This document shows, one piece after another, positions 22,463-34,499 of a DNA stretch of 64,000 bases; position 1 is the first letter of the stretch; each line of letters starts with the position of its first letter. Location of the stretch: assembly GCA_013239625.1 (NCBI GenBank), contig MU054187.1, positions 13,858,974 through 13,922,973 on the forward strand, read 5' to 3'. Source of the DNA: Lama guanicoe (lineage: Eukaryota). The notes below the pieces were generated by a model. The model ran no database searches. It was not told the origin of the DNA and worked only from the letters and a program-made list of their open reading frames with translations. The translations under genes were made by a program, and so were the position numbers.

Positions 22463-23964
22463 CGATTGAGCCTTGAATCCCATTCCTTCCTCCTGTGTTC
22501 GGGTTTCCTTTTCTTGATGTTCATTCTTTAGTCATTCTTTCAAGTACAGGTCTATAATGATCATTCTCATAGTCTTTTTCTGAAAATGTGTTTTGTTCTC
22601 ACACTTGAAAATAGTTTAGCTAGGTAGAGATTATTTTTGCTTAGTATTCCTAACACCCTAAGGGTGGTATAAATTCAGACTCTGTACCCATGGTTGGGGG
22701 AGACTGGGGATTTTTATTTCTCATGGATGACATGTCCCACCCTACCCAGCCACAGTCCAGAGCCAGGAGTAGAAATACACTGCCCTTTTACCTCTCTGGC
22801 TGATGGATTACCCTCCCAACAGCAGGCATTGGGGTAACACTGAAGTTGCCTGTCCGTAGCACAAGTTATCAGCGTGGCAATATTCTAGGCACATGACTCC
22901 TCATTTTTATGTCATTCCTATCTCTAACCTGTACCTCTTGTAATAGAGGTTGACTGTAATGAAAAAAAAATTGCATCTTTTTATCTTAAAGAGTAAATAT
23001 TCCAGGGAGGCTTTGTTTCATCTTTCAGCCGGAATGGCAACTTCCCGTTAAAAGCACACCCTCTATTTCAAAAGGTTGTGTTGGATGGCACTTAAAAAGG
23101 AATTGCAGCTGGTTTAATTTAGGGTGTTGAACAAATTCCAATCCAAGAATATTCCTTGGCGCTGGGCCTATAGCATTTTTATTTGATTTTAAATTGGATA
23201 AATTTTAATTCATTTTCAGTTCTTTGCTTTACATATTTTTTTTCTTCTGAGACAAGCAACTCACCATTGGTATTTATTCTGTCTTTAACACTGTAGCTAA
23301 ATTATGACATGTTGTATACATCTTATCAAATTCCCTGTAAGCTTTACTTATTATTGTACAGATCCATCTATACTTTAAAACATACCAATCACATCCATTA
23401 AATCTTGACAAAGCTGTGCCCTAAGAATAATATAAGACAATAATTGCACCAGAAGTCCTTTTCCCCTTGTTAATATCGCTTTATAGTTCATGGTGTAAAT
23501 TTAGTCAGTTTTGAAGCACTGAATCTTATTTTCCCACATATTTTTTTCCAATTTCTTTATGAGTTGTTGTATTCTTTGTTTTGTTTTGTTTTGACCTCTA
23601 ATTTATGTTTCCTGGGAGACAGTATTAATTTTTTTTAAATAAAAGAATGAGAGAGACAGAGAAAAGGAAAAAGGAGGAAAAAAGGACTATTATATTTTGC
23701 TAAGACTGTAGGGAGCAATTTAGGAATCAGTCACAGAAGGATACTGTTTGAAGTCTGGGCAGGGCTGGATCCATAAGGCAGGAAGAAGAGACGGTCAAGG
23801 GCACGACCTTGAGCAACACTTACTAGACAGTAGAAGCAGCCACTGAAATGGCTGGATATGTGACTCAGTCTCCACAGTTCCTTAAAGAGAGGAGATGCAT
23901 CTGAGACACCACCTGTAGGAATCACACCACCTACCACGGCGGAGCAGCTGGCGAATGCTCTCCA

Positions 23965-24490
23965 TTCAGTCCTTCACTCGCTGAGAGCTGCTCCTTACTA
24001 TTCCTTGAGCCAAGGATCCGATGTAAACATTACAGGCAAAGTCCCCGTCATTTTGTGCTCATGTTAGGGTGGTGTATGTGGGAGAGGTACAAATAGGAGA
24101 CAAGATTGTAACCAAACAAATACCTAATCAATCCCTGTAGCCATTAAGTGCTGCAAAGAAAATTAACCAAGTAAGAGGCTAGGAAGGAGCCTCCGGGGTG
24201 GAGCTGGGGAGTGGGGGTGCTTTACCAAGTATAGCCAGGGAGACCTCTGGGAGGAAGTGACATTGGAGCTAAAATGTACGTGCTTAGAAGGAGCCACCAA
24301 ATGAGCTGCGAGGAAGGAGCCTTCCAGAGTGAAAACAAGTGGCAAGGATTGAAGCAAGAACAGAGTGGTTGAGGGACAGGACGGGGCCGATGTGGCTGGA
24401 GCCTAATGCACAGTGACAGGGAGTCAGAGAGGTGAGCCGGATCCGAGGGCCCCTTTGGCCGTGAAAGTTGTTTAAATCTGATTCTGTTTG
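23965..24490 (-). mobile_element. L2 fragment
   Basis: taagtgctgcaaagaaaattaa...ccagggagacctctgggaggaagtgacattggagct...ggggccgatgtggctggagc. Confidence 0.7.
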
Positions 24491-24924
24491 CAGTTGTCTT
24501 GTGGGCTGATCCACTTAATCCTACTCGTTTGTCCCTGCACTGCTGCAGCTCCTGCCAGCGTCATTCAGCTACTTGGTCCTGTTTAACAGGGTCTGAAGAG
24601 ACTTGGAACGCAGCTAAAAAAAGAAGGCAACACTTTGCTACCATAGCTTTCTCTCTCACCTTCTGAATTAAATATGCATTTTGGGATCCCTTCCCCTCCC
24701 CCATCCAGAGAGATCTGGTGCCAACCACTCGCCCCCCAACCCAGAGAAAGAAGCTAAGCAAATTGTGGCAAAATTGGAGTGAAGTGAGCCCACATGAAAA
24801 CTGTGCTGGTAAAATAAATGAACAATAAGGAGCTTTCCATCCTAAACATATGTGTAGTGTTAATTAGAAGGGAGGGAGGGAGAGAGAATGAGTATGGGTA
24901 TTTGAGAGCCTCTCTATTCCTGGG

Positions 24925-25782
24925 TGCACAGGGGGAAAGGGTACAGTCCTCTGCAGACGGTGCTCACTTCAGACATCAGCCACAAGTTTGGGGGTTTCCC
25001 AGGACCACCATCACTTCTGACCAACTGGCTACAAATTCAGGCTTTCCTACTATCCTCTTAGGTTTAATAATTCACCAGAAAGACTCACAGAACTCACTGG
25101 AAGCACTGTGCTTATGGTTATGATTTTTTAACTTTTTTTATTGATTTATAATCATTTTACAATGTTGTGTCAAGTTCCAGTGTAGAGCACAATTTTTCAG
25201 TTATACATGAACATATATATATTCATTGTCACATTTTTTTCTCTGTGAGCTACCACAAGATCTTGTATATATATATATATACACAAGATTATGGTTTTAT
25301 TATAGCAAAAGAATACAAATTCGAAGAGACACACAGGGCAAAGTCTGGCAAGATTCCAAACAGGAAAGTTCTGTCATCCTCAGGGATGCATTACTCAATT
25401 AGCATGCTGATGTGTGACAACCTGCAGAGAACTGCCAACCGGGGAAGCTCACCCAAGTTTTAGTTCAAAGTTTTTATTGGGGTTTCACTAAGTAGGGCAT
25501 GATTGATCCAATTGTTGGCTGGGAGCTTGAACTCAATCTCCAGCCTCTCTGCCCTCTCCAGGGATGGATCTGATATGACGTGGCTCAAAGCTTCAACCCT
25601 CTAAGGACATGGTCAGTCTTTCTGGCATGGCTAGTCCCCTCATCAGTATAAACTCTGAGGTGTGATCTGAGGGACCCACCATGAACAACAGCAAAGACAC
25701 TCCCATGACACTGGAAATTATAGGGGTTTAGAGACTCCCTCCAAAGAACCAAGGACAGCATTCATTCAGATTTTCTATTACA
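24925..25782 (+). mobile_element. MER21-like ERVL LTR, interrupted by L1 tail
   Basis: ttcagacatcagccacaagtttggggg...acttctgaccaactggctacaaattcag...actcacagaactcac...ctgccaaccggggaagctcaccc...ctcaatctccagcc; strand and left edge uncertain. Confidence 0.75.
25124..25281 (-). mobile_element. Short camelid-type L1 3' tail inside MER21
   Basis: ttattgatttataatcattttacaatgttgtgtcaagttccagtgtagagcacaatttttcag...; same family as 41776-42175; flanks ttatgatttt / ttatggtttt. Confidence 0.85.
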
Positions 25783-26339
25783 TACTAGGACTTTTCAGTC
25801 AGGTTTGTAATCAGTTGCCTGTTCTGTATACCAATCCTGAGTACAGTTGAGTGTAACTGCTTGACTAAGGCAGACTCAGTATGCATTGCTTGAATTTTTT
25901 AGCAGTTGAGAGCTGTGGAATTTAAGGCATCATTAGAAAGTTATTATAGATCCATGTTGCCCACCTCTGGGCCTCAAACTCTTTTTTTTCCAAGCACCAT
26001 TTCTGTGTGCTTCCTTCCTAGCTGACAAGGGTCACGTTTCTGTTCTGTCCTCTACTGAGTGCAAGTTGGATATTTGCCTATGCCTGGCAAATGTTACTTT
26101 GTGCAAATGATATAAATATTATGAAAAACAGTGAGAAAAAAAAAGCAGCCCTAGCTCATCCTTTTGTCCAATTGAAAGTGGTCATAAATAGAACCTTGAT
26201 GTCCTTAACATTTAGAATCAGAGTCTGCTGTCAACTTTTCAAAATTTTCTTTGTATACTACCAAAAAAGCACCAAAAAAAAAAACCCCCAGAAAAACAGA
26301 AAACAATGACAACAAAAACTGGGTGACTCAATGGGAAGA

Positions 26340-26620
26340 TGAGGTAAAGAACTTCATGTCTTATTGCATAATGAGCTAGGAGATGCGCGCCCTTATGTAG
26401 TGGTTTTCCAGATGACCTTGAGCAGCGCACAGAAACTCGGCCTGCCCCGTTTCTTAACAAGTGTGACAGCTGGGAGGTGTGGCCTCAGCGATTAACACGA
26501 CCCTCTGAAGGAGCTGCAGTATGCCTTTCTGTAATGGCTGGGCCTGTACCAACCTGAAGAACTCTGTGGCACACAAAGATGATGGCCACGTGACAGCTGA
26601 CTTCTAAATGGAAAGTCACA
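26340..26620. promoter_or_regulatory. Motif-dense enhancer candidate
   Basis: ATTGCATAAT (26363-26372), TGACCTTGA (26413-26421), TGACAGCTG twice (26464-26472, 26591-26599), CACGTG (26587-26592); local CpGs. Confidence 0.4.
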
Positions 26621-26845
26621 AAATTGAATCCCCCAGATGTTACCAAGCATTGTGTAGATGAGCCATCCAGAAAACTGAATTTTCTTTCAACTATATTTTA
26701 TCATCTTGGTGCCTCAGTTTAATGCCCCTCCCCATCATTCCAGGCCATTCCAAGTAAAGGCTTATTTGATCACAATTCCAGGGGAAATGTGAGATCATCC
26801 TAAGGGGTTAGTGGGATGTTTTAAAAGGGATAACCTGGCAAGTGT

Positions 26846-27361
26846 GTAAATCGGGTATGGTAAGATCCACAGACACAAAAGTGATTGACATGAAATAAGA
26901 AGTTTTTTGTACTTACAGATTCCAAGGGACAGGTGGCATGGCATACGATGCAGGGCCACCCAGGGAAGCTCCAGGGCCAGAGAAAGTGGAGGAAATATAG
27001 GCAAGAGTCTGTATTGTGATTTGTGCAGGAAGGCAAGGGTAAGGCAGAGTAAGCAGGCTTAGACTGGATAGTTTGAATAATTTCAGCAGGCACTTGGGAA
27101 TGAGGCTGTCCTTAGTTGTCTGGCACCTGGTCCTAGAGTGATTAGAGCAGAATAGTGGCCCAGAGTATAAATTTGGATAATGGAGGTGGTTGGGGTCTGC
27201 TCTCTGGATTGGTTAGTTTGCATATGAAAGGTGCGCTCCTAGGAGAGCTGTTAGCTCTGGGAGTGAGCTAGCTGATGCCATGGGAGGAGCAGTTCTCTGG
27301 GGTCAGCAAGGCCCTAATGTCAGTGCATCAGATACAGAAATGAGAAAGCATGGTGATTATA
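26846..27361 (-). mobile_element. ERVL-type solo LTR (MER76-like)
   Basis: gatccacagacac...cagggccacccagggaagc...ggcagagtaagcaggcttagactggatagtttgaataatttcagc...gattggttagtttgcatatgaaagg. Confidence 0.65.
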
Positions 27362-27520
27362 TGGAGTTAGGAAGGGGTTTCTTAGTCATAAGTCCTTTAG
27401 CATCAAGATTTTTTTTTAATTTTTCATTCACCTTTAACATAACTCATGTAATTGTATAAATTCCTAGAATTAACCTAAATATTTACATTTCTTTAGTGGA
27501 AGGAAGGAAAACAGATCTTA

Positions 27521-27899
27521 CCCTATTTCTCAAACTTCAGTATTTATACAAAACAATTGGGTTGTCAGATAAAATATAGGACACTCAGCTGAATTTTAAT
27601 TTTAGATAAACAACAAATAATTTTTTTAGGGTAAATATGGCTTATGTAATAGTTGAGACAAACTATCCTAAAAAACAAAGAAAGAAAGAAAAAAATTCAT
27701 TGTTTACCTAAAATTCCAATTTACCTGGACATCCTGTCTTTTTATTTGCTATATATGGTGACCCTTATCACCTGGGGAATCTTGTTAAAGTGCAGAGTCT
27801 GATTCAGTAGGTCTGGAGAGAGCCTGAGAATCTGCATTTCTAACTAGCTCACAAGGTTTGTCAGTATTGCTCTCCCTTGAACCACATTTTGAACAGCAA
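27521..27899. mobile_element. MER5A-like element split by a MER53 insertion
   Basis: tttctcaaacttcag [MER53] atcacctggggaatcttgttaaagtgcagagtctgattcagtaggtctgg...tgcatttctaac...accacattttgaacagcaa. Confidence 0.8.
27558..27766 (+). mobile_element. MER53-like hAT MITE (second copy)
   Basis: gggttgtcagataaaatataggacactcagctgaatttt...ggacatcctgtctttttatttgctatatatggtgaccct; homologous to 5013-5205. Confidence 0.85.
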
Positions 27900-28288
27900 A
27901 ACTCTGTTGGACACTTTGTGACTGTACTCAGTGTGACATAATACCAAGCAGTCAACCAATGCTACTGACTGAAGAAATGGAATTAGTCACCTTAACTTCT
28001 ACAGTGTAAATGGATTGATTCTCTAAAGGACACTACTTGATTATTAACACATCTGCCTTCCTGTGCCAAAGAATCTATTTCCTGGATTAGAGATTGTTTA
28101 GGTTCTGGTTTATAAATAAAATCCTTTGAATTTGCAAATCCAAAGACTTTGAAACCACAATAAAAAAATTCACTTATTTTTGGAAGAATACAGAGATTAT
28201 TTCTAAAAGCAAAGGAAATGATCAGGATGATTGTCAGCCTATGACAGTATTCTCGTGCTTAGTACAAAGCTCAAACCTAGATGATACA

Positions 28289-28331
28289 CTTTTTATTTTA
28301 TTTTATTTTATTTCTTTTATTTTTTATTTTA
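28289..28331 (+). repeat. (TTTTA)n simple repeat
   Basis: directly visible. Confidence 0.85.
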
Positions 28332-28981
28332 GAAAGCAATTGAAATTATATATTCAGACATTCGACTAAAGCAACTGCAGTTTTTCTTCTGTTTGGGAAC
28401 AATCTGGTACTTCCATCTTCAAAGCTGTTATTTACACATCAACAGCTTTGTTCGGCTCCCCTGTTCTTCGGTCAAGTGTGAAATTACAATGAAAAGTAGA
28501 GAACAGGGTGGCACCCATAGATTAAGATCAGAAAAAGACAAGGAAGGAGTAAACAAGAAAATGAGAACAGATAAACAATACTGACTACAAGTCCACATGG
28601 ATTGCCTCAATTTAAAATGAATTAAATTTGTATGGTCATAATTTTGTTTAACATCCTGGATGTTTATTTTCTCACTAGTTTGTCTCATCAACTTATAAAA
28701 TGTTCAGTGTTGGGTTTTCTTTTTTTTAATTAGCTAAGATACTGAAGTCACTGGGGCCACTAAGATGATTTTATGTCCTTCAATGTTATTTTATCAGATA
28801 AGCTTCAACAGATGCTTATAGCCTTTTCTCTGTGCTGGACGATTGCACACCATATCCATTAGAAGAGCAAACTGTTATTGATTTGGGCTATAATATTTTA
28901 TTACACTGTTAAGAATTTCAAGCTATTTTTATTTCAAAGACCTGCAGAACTTTGAGGGTCTTAGGGGAGAGTAAATAGGCT

Positions 28982-29018
28982 TAAATAAATAAATAAATAA
29001 TCAATCAATCAAATAAAT
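28982..29018 (+). repeat. (AAAT)n/(AATC)n simple repeat
   Basis: directly visible. Confidence 0.85.
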
Positions 29019-29729
29019 ATTTTTTTCCATTACTACCAAATTTACAATGTACCAAACTTACTTTGATTTCTTTTAGAAATTAGAAGCTAAAGAAATAAAA
29101 CATGAAGTTTGATTATAATGATGTATTGATGCATATACCCTTCAACCCACAGTCAGCCAGGACCTTTTATGGTTCCACATTTAGATTCTAGTCTGCCCAG
29201 TCATAGTCTCTGAAATTGTGAAAAATGAGTTTTTAGCTGGTAAAATATGTATTTTATGGTAAGAAATGATCACTATATTTTATAGACTCTCTATATAATG
29301 TTATTAACCCCATTCCAGGAAACAAACCCCAAGCTGGTTTTAAGTGTAAATACTTAGAATCCAATCTACTTTTTATTACCTAGAACTATTCAGACAAGAG
29401 AAGTAACACTTTAGACCCAAAAATCATGATACACCTTTAAAAGACTTTTCTAATATGTAGACTTGGCACATGCAAAAAAGTAATACATATGTACATTTTA
29501 AAAATGTAATAATAAATTGAAGACCCATGAACCCCCCCCCCAATTCCACTGGAAGCCAGACTCACCCCAGTCATACAGCTCATTTATCTACCTCGAGAGG
29601 AAATGAACCACCCTGTGTTAAGCACTCTATGTATATCACCTCATTTAATCTGCCCAGCATTCCTATGCATGGATATTAACATCTCCTTACCATGTTATAA
29701 ATAAACTAAAGGATTAAAAATCTTGTAGA

Positions 29730-30368
29730 GAATTTTAAGCCCTCTCCCCAGGTATGGGCTATACACAGTGACTTCCTCCTGATGCCTACAGTACAGAAAG
29801 AGGAAAAAGGTCTAATCATACAGTGGAGAATTCTGATAAACACTGTCTCAGCCAGGTGATCCAGGTCAGCATCAGTGGTGATAAGTCATGTCACTTATAT
29901 ATACCCTTGATATGATGTGATGAGAATGGCATTTTTCCTCCATGGCCTTCTTCCCAAAAATCCATAATCCCTGCCTAATTGGAAGAGAAGCTGTCAGCAA
30001 TCCGCAACTGAGGGATGTTCTGCAAAACACCTGACGAGTACTCCTCAAAACTAGCAAAGCCGTCAAAAACAAGGAAAGTCTAAGAAGCTGTCACAACCAA
30101 GAAGAGACTAAGAAGATATGACAACTAAAGACAATATGGGACCCTGAAAACAGGACATTAGATAAAAACTAAGGAAACCTGAATAAGCTATGGACTTTAG
30201 TTCATAATAATATATAAGCATTGCTTCGTTTATTGTAACAAAGGTACATACTAATGTAAGACATTAGTAATAAGGGAAGTGGAGTTTAGGATGTATGGGG
30301 ACTCTACTGTCATTGCAATTTTTCTGTTAATCTAAAGTGTTCTAAAAATATATAGTTTATTTTTTAAA
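29730..30368 (+). mobile_element. Old L1MC-type 3' UTR
   Basis: cagtggagaattctgataaacact...agccaggtgatc...gataagtcatgt...tgagggatgttctgcaaaacacctgacgagtactcctcaaaact...aaaaacaaggaaagtctaagaagctgtcaca. Confidence 0.8.
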
Positions 30369-30374
30369 TTACAT

Positions 30375-31265
30375 TAAAAAGGCAAAAAACAATTTGATCA
30401 GACACTGCACCGAAAAGGGCATATGAATGACAAATAAGCACATGAAAAGATGCCCAGTGCCTTTGTTCATTAGGGAAAATACACATAAAACCACAATCAG
30501 GTACTACTAGACACTTACTGGAATGGCTGAAATAAACAATTCTGACAACAGCAAGTGCTGACGAAGATGCAGAGCAGCTGGAACGCTTCTCCATTGCCGG
30601 TGGAAAAGCAAGATCGTTCAGGCACTCTGAAAAACAATTTGGAAGTTATGTTACTGTGTGATTCTGTTTATGTGACATTTGATAAAAGACAGAACTGCAG
30701 CAATAGAGATCAGATCAATTTTTCCATGTGCTCGGGTTAGGCGGGGGCGGTTTGCGGATGGCGTCGCTGCAAAGTGTTAATACTGCAGGATGATGGGGCT
30801 GTTCTGTGTCCTGTCTGTGTTGGTGGTTGCATGAATACAGTGGTGTCTCAGTATCCATGAGGATTGGTTCCAAGACCCCCTCAGATTCCAAAACCTGCAG
30901 ATGCTTAAGTCCCTAATATCAAATGGTGTAGTATTTGCATGTAACCTACATACATCCTCTCACGTACTTTAAATCATCTCCAGATTTCTTACAATTCCTA
31001 ATACAATGTAAATGTTATGTAAATATTTGTAAATACAATGTAAATGCTACATAAATAGTTGCCAGCATGAGGCAAATTTAAGTTTTGCTTTTAGGAACTT
31101 TCTGGAATTTTTTTTCCTGGAATATTTTAGACCCACAGTTGGTTGAATCAGCAGATGTGAAACTCAAGGATACAGAGGGCCGACTGCATACACGTGTGAA
31201 AACTTATCAAACTGATCCACAAAACAAACCTCATTTGACTGTTATTAATTTGAAACAACTAAAAA
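30375..31265 (+). mobile_element. Old L1ME-like 3' fragment, interrupted by MER2
   Basis: aataagcacatgaaaagatgc...cattagggaaaat...aaaccacaat...gatgcagagcagctggaac...; resumes after 31190. Confidence 0.7.
30838..31186 (+). mobile_element. MER2-type TcMar-Tigger element
   Basis: ta|cagtggtgtctcagtatccatgaggattggttccaagacccc...ttggttgaatcagcagatgtgaaactcaaggatacagagggccgactg; inverted ends, TA target; internal ~31-bp tandem copy (aatacaatgtaaatg...). Confidence 0.88.
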
Positions 31266-32114
31266 GCGAGACACTCCAGAGAACCAGCCTATCCTTATGA
31301 AAAAAAAAAGGGGGCTTTTATAGAGAGTGGCCCATCTGAAAGCAGGAAAGCCTGAGCCTCCACAACAAAAGGAACAAAAGGCAGAGACATTTGTGGTCCT
31401 GATGCATGGACATCATCCTTCCAGAAGAGGCTGAGACCACGCGGTGGCTGTCAGTTACATCATGGAGGATTTTTCCTTGTGCGGTCAGTGAAACCCCTGA
31501 AAGAGATTTCTTATCATTCAAACATAACCAAAAAGTCTAACTTGATGCTAGTATGGTTTTCACAAGGTCATTATTCAGCTAATACATCAGCCTCTCATAT
31601 AGCAATTTATTTCTCAGAGGAATTTGGTGTGGGTGTTTTAATATTGTTGTGAAAGTTTTGTATCCGTTAAGCTTCCTGCTATTTTTTAGGGGTGTCCGCA
31701 CTGAATTTTGAGCACAGCCTTACCTGCAAATGGGTGTGTAATACTTACCTTAATTCAGTGCTGGTGTTGAAAGTGTATGACTGCCTGTGGATGTAGGTAC
31801 AGGGATTAAACAAAATAGAATAAAGAGAGGAATGGACGTGTGACTATCACGGCTCTTCCCGGGGAAAATGGCTTTACGGTATAAGGCAAAACAAGCTTAC
31901 CATATGATTTGAATCATTCAAACTGCCGTAGTATCAATGTCTACACTAATTAATGAAGTGAAAGGAGGAATGGTGGCCCCAGGTTGGCCAGACCAGGATC
32001 CCTTGGGAAAGGGGCCCCAGCCCCAGTGACAGGAATGGAGCTGGTGTCCAGGAGGCATTTCTTTCTCCTGCTGTGAGATTATAGACCCATGGAGGATGGG
32101 GACTCTTTCTCCTG

Positions 32115-32218
32115 GAAGAAAACATTTACAAATCATCAAACCTAGCAAAAGACTTGTATCCAGAATATGCAGAGAATTCTTAAAACTCAACAACAATTAA
32201 ACACACTTAGTTAAAAGA
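32115..32218 (+). mobile_element. Small L1 ORF2 fragment
   Basis: aagaaaacatttacaaatcat...aagacttgtatccagaatatgcagagaattcttaaaactcaacaac. Confidence 0.7.
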
Positions 32219-32619
32219 GAGGTGGACTGAAAAGAACCTGGGTCCCTTGGGCCTCCTGTAATCACCACAGCTAAGAAAGGTTGGGAGGGTCAATGGTTAA
32301 ACCCTCTGTTAAGTGCCTTATAACCCAGAAAGGGATCATGGCTCATTCATCAAGAAGAGCTGTAAGGCGGCCCCAGCTTGAGCAGAACGCCTGTGTTTAA
32401 AAGACTGTAGTCACTGATTAGTTAGCAGAGAGATGCCCACAGGATCACTGCCGCTCCCTTCTGAAGCATGGTCGGCGCCAGCAAGGGCCCAACGGTGTCA
32501 TCGTGCCCCGGAGGCAGCCTGCTACGGTGAGGCTGGCAAGCTCTCAGCGGCCAGGTTGTCTTGGGCTGGACTCCAAGGCCTGCCCCTTACTAACCGTCTA
32601 CCCTGGCAAAGGGAAGGCT

Positions 32620-32755
32620 TCTGAACCTCAGCTTCTGGATCCTAAAGTGAGGAAAATACAACCTGTGACACAGAGTTGATGTGAAAATAAAGGTGATGAT
32701 GTATGTGAGGCCTAGCGCATCTCTGCCAGGCACTCAGTGGTAGCAGGAATCATTT
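32620..32755 (+). mobile_element. MIR fragment
   Basis: tctgaacctcagcttc...taaagtgaggaaaatacaacct...cagagttgatgtgaaaataaaggtgatgatgtatgtga. Confidence 0.6.
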
Positions 32756-32996
32756 ATAAGGCAGCGGCTTTATCTGCAGGCGGGGTGAGTAAACCTTTGG
32801 ACCTGCTGTCCACAGACTTCCGCCAAAGAAGTGCTGAAGAGACCACAGATGGGGCGGGAAGGGAACTGATGTCTGCAGAGAGCAGCTGGTGGAGGAAGGG
32901 GGCCTGGGAGGTGTAGACCACCGAACATACACCCAGCTCCAGAAGGTTCCTGGGCTGGAATGCATCGCAGAGAGCCTGCACCTCTGGTGATGGAGA

Positions 32997-33475
32997 GTGT
33001 TACCTGCTGTAACAGTGGCAGCAACAAGGTACCACAAACTATATGACCTAAAACAACAGAAATTTATTTTTTTTCACGATTTTGGAAGCAAGAAGGCCAA
33101 AATTAAGGTGTCAGCAGGGCCCTGCTCCCTCTGAAACCTGTAGAAGAAGAAAGGCCCTTGCCTCTGCTGGCTTCTGATGGCTTGCTGGCAATCTTTGGCA
33201 TTCCCTGGACTACAGATGCATCAGTGCAATTCTCTGTCCTGACGTGGCCTTCTCCCTGTGTGTCTCCACAGTGTTTTCCATCAGTGTGGGTCTGATTCTT
33301 TGTCCAAATTGCTTCTTTTTATAAGGACATCTGGATGACGACTCACCCTAATGACCTCGTTTCAACTTGATGACCTCCTTAAAGACCCTATTTCCAAATA
33401 AGGTGACATTCTGAGGTAGTGAGCGTTAAGACTTCAACAAATACTTTTCTAGGGGGCACAATTCAACCTTAAACG
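32997..33475 (-). mobile_element. MaLR solo LTR (MLT1C-like)
   Basis: taccacaaact...aaaacaacagaaatttatt...aaggtgtcagcagggccctgctccctctgaa...aaagaccctatttccaaataaggtgacattctgagg...cacaattcaacc. Confidence 0.88.
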
Positions 33476-34234
33476 TCTAGTTATGTGAGTCAGAGGCCTT
33501 AGTTGTCACTTTGTACTTACAAGTAGGAGATTGCTACTTGCTCTACAAAGCAAATGTTCTGGCTTTCTTGAGCCAAAAGAAAGGCTCCATTGTTGAGATT
33601 CAGTGAAAAGGGAAGCTTTCATCCATCAAACTCAGCTCCTGACTTACCACACCGTCTCGGTGTCTGCCGTGTGAGGGTCGGGGAGGAGTGTGGAATGGGT
33701 AGCGTCTTCATCCCACAGAGGCCCGCTGAGGAAACCTGTCCAGCAGTCCTGCCCAGCTGGAGAGAGCTGCCTCCTGTAACCTCCAGCAGCTGGACGGGTT
33801 ATGCCAACTTGCAGGCCAGGACTGCCAGAAAATTCTTGGTCTTCTTACAATGGACTCAGCCCAGAAGCGGGCAATGTAACGCTCATGTGCTGGGAAGAGG
33901 CCCAGCCCATTGTGGGCCGGAGGGGTTCCCCGGGCTGCACGGTCAGGGCCATGCCCTGAAGCACCTGGGAAGCAGGGAGCAGCCTTCTGGGAAACAAATG
34001 TCCTATGTCACTGCATAGGCCAGTGAGTTGCTGGGGGTCAGTGGCTCCCCCTCCCATCCTGCCATTGCTCTTTTTCCCATTCTGTTGCCCTGTGCCCCCA
34101 TTCCATCCCTCTACCCTAATCCCCAGTTATCCTTCATGCGAAGCACTGCCTGTGTGGTCTCTTACATCAGTATCCCACGTGCACGTAAGCTGGGTGATTT
34201 CTGTCACGGAGCTGACACGAGGACAGTCATTGAG

Positions 34235-34422
34235 AGCCTTGGCTCATGACCTTGGCTGCATATTTGAATCACGTGGAGAGTTTTTAAAATTTCAATACCT
34301 AGGCCTCCCCCAAACTAATTGCAACAGAAGGTTGGGGATCAGATCCCAGCATCAGTATTTTTCAAAGTTTCCTTTGATTTGGAATATTTCATTCCAATGT
34401 TTGGCCAAAGTTAAATCCCACA
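34235..34422. mobile_element. MER5-type hAT-Charlie relic
   Basis: ccttggctgcatatttgaatcacgtggagagtttttaaaa...gcatcagtatttttcaaagtttcc. Confidence 0.65.
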
Positions 34423-34499
34423 GATTTAACGGGAAGCCGGGTAAAGGGGCTAAGTTACTCATCCAGCTATGGCGTCCAACCCTTCCAGTAGCTAAGTTA

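Noticed and set aside
23824..23912. Minus-strand exon-like segment (cctacag|...CTA|gtaagt)
   Set aside because: Weak pyrimidine tract, unrecognised peptide, and not phase-compatible with the upstream candidate.
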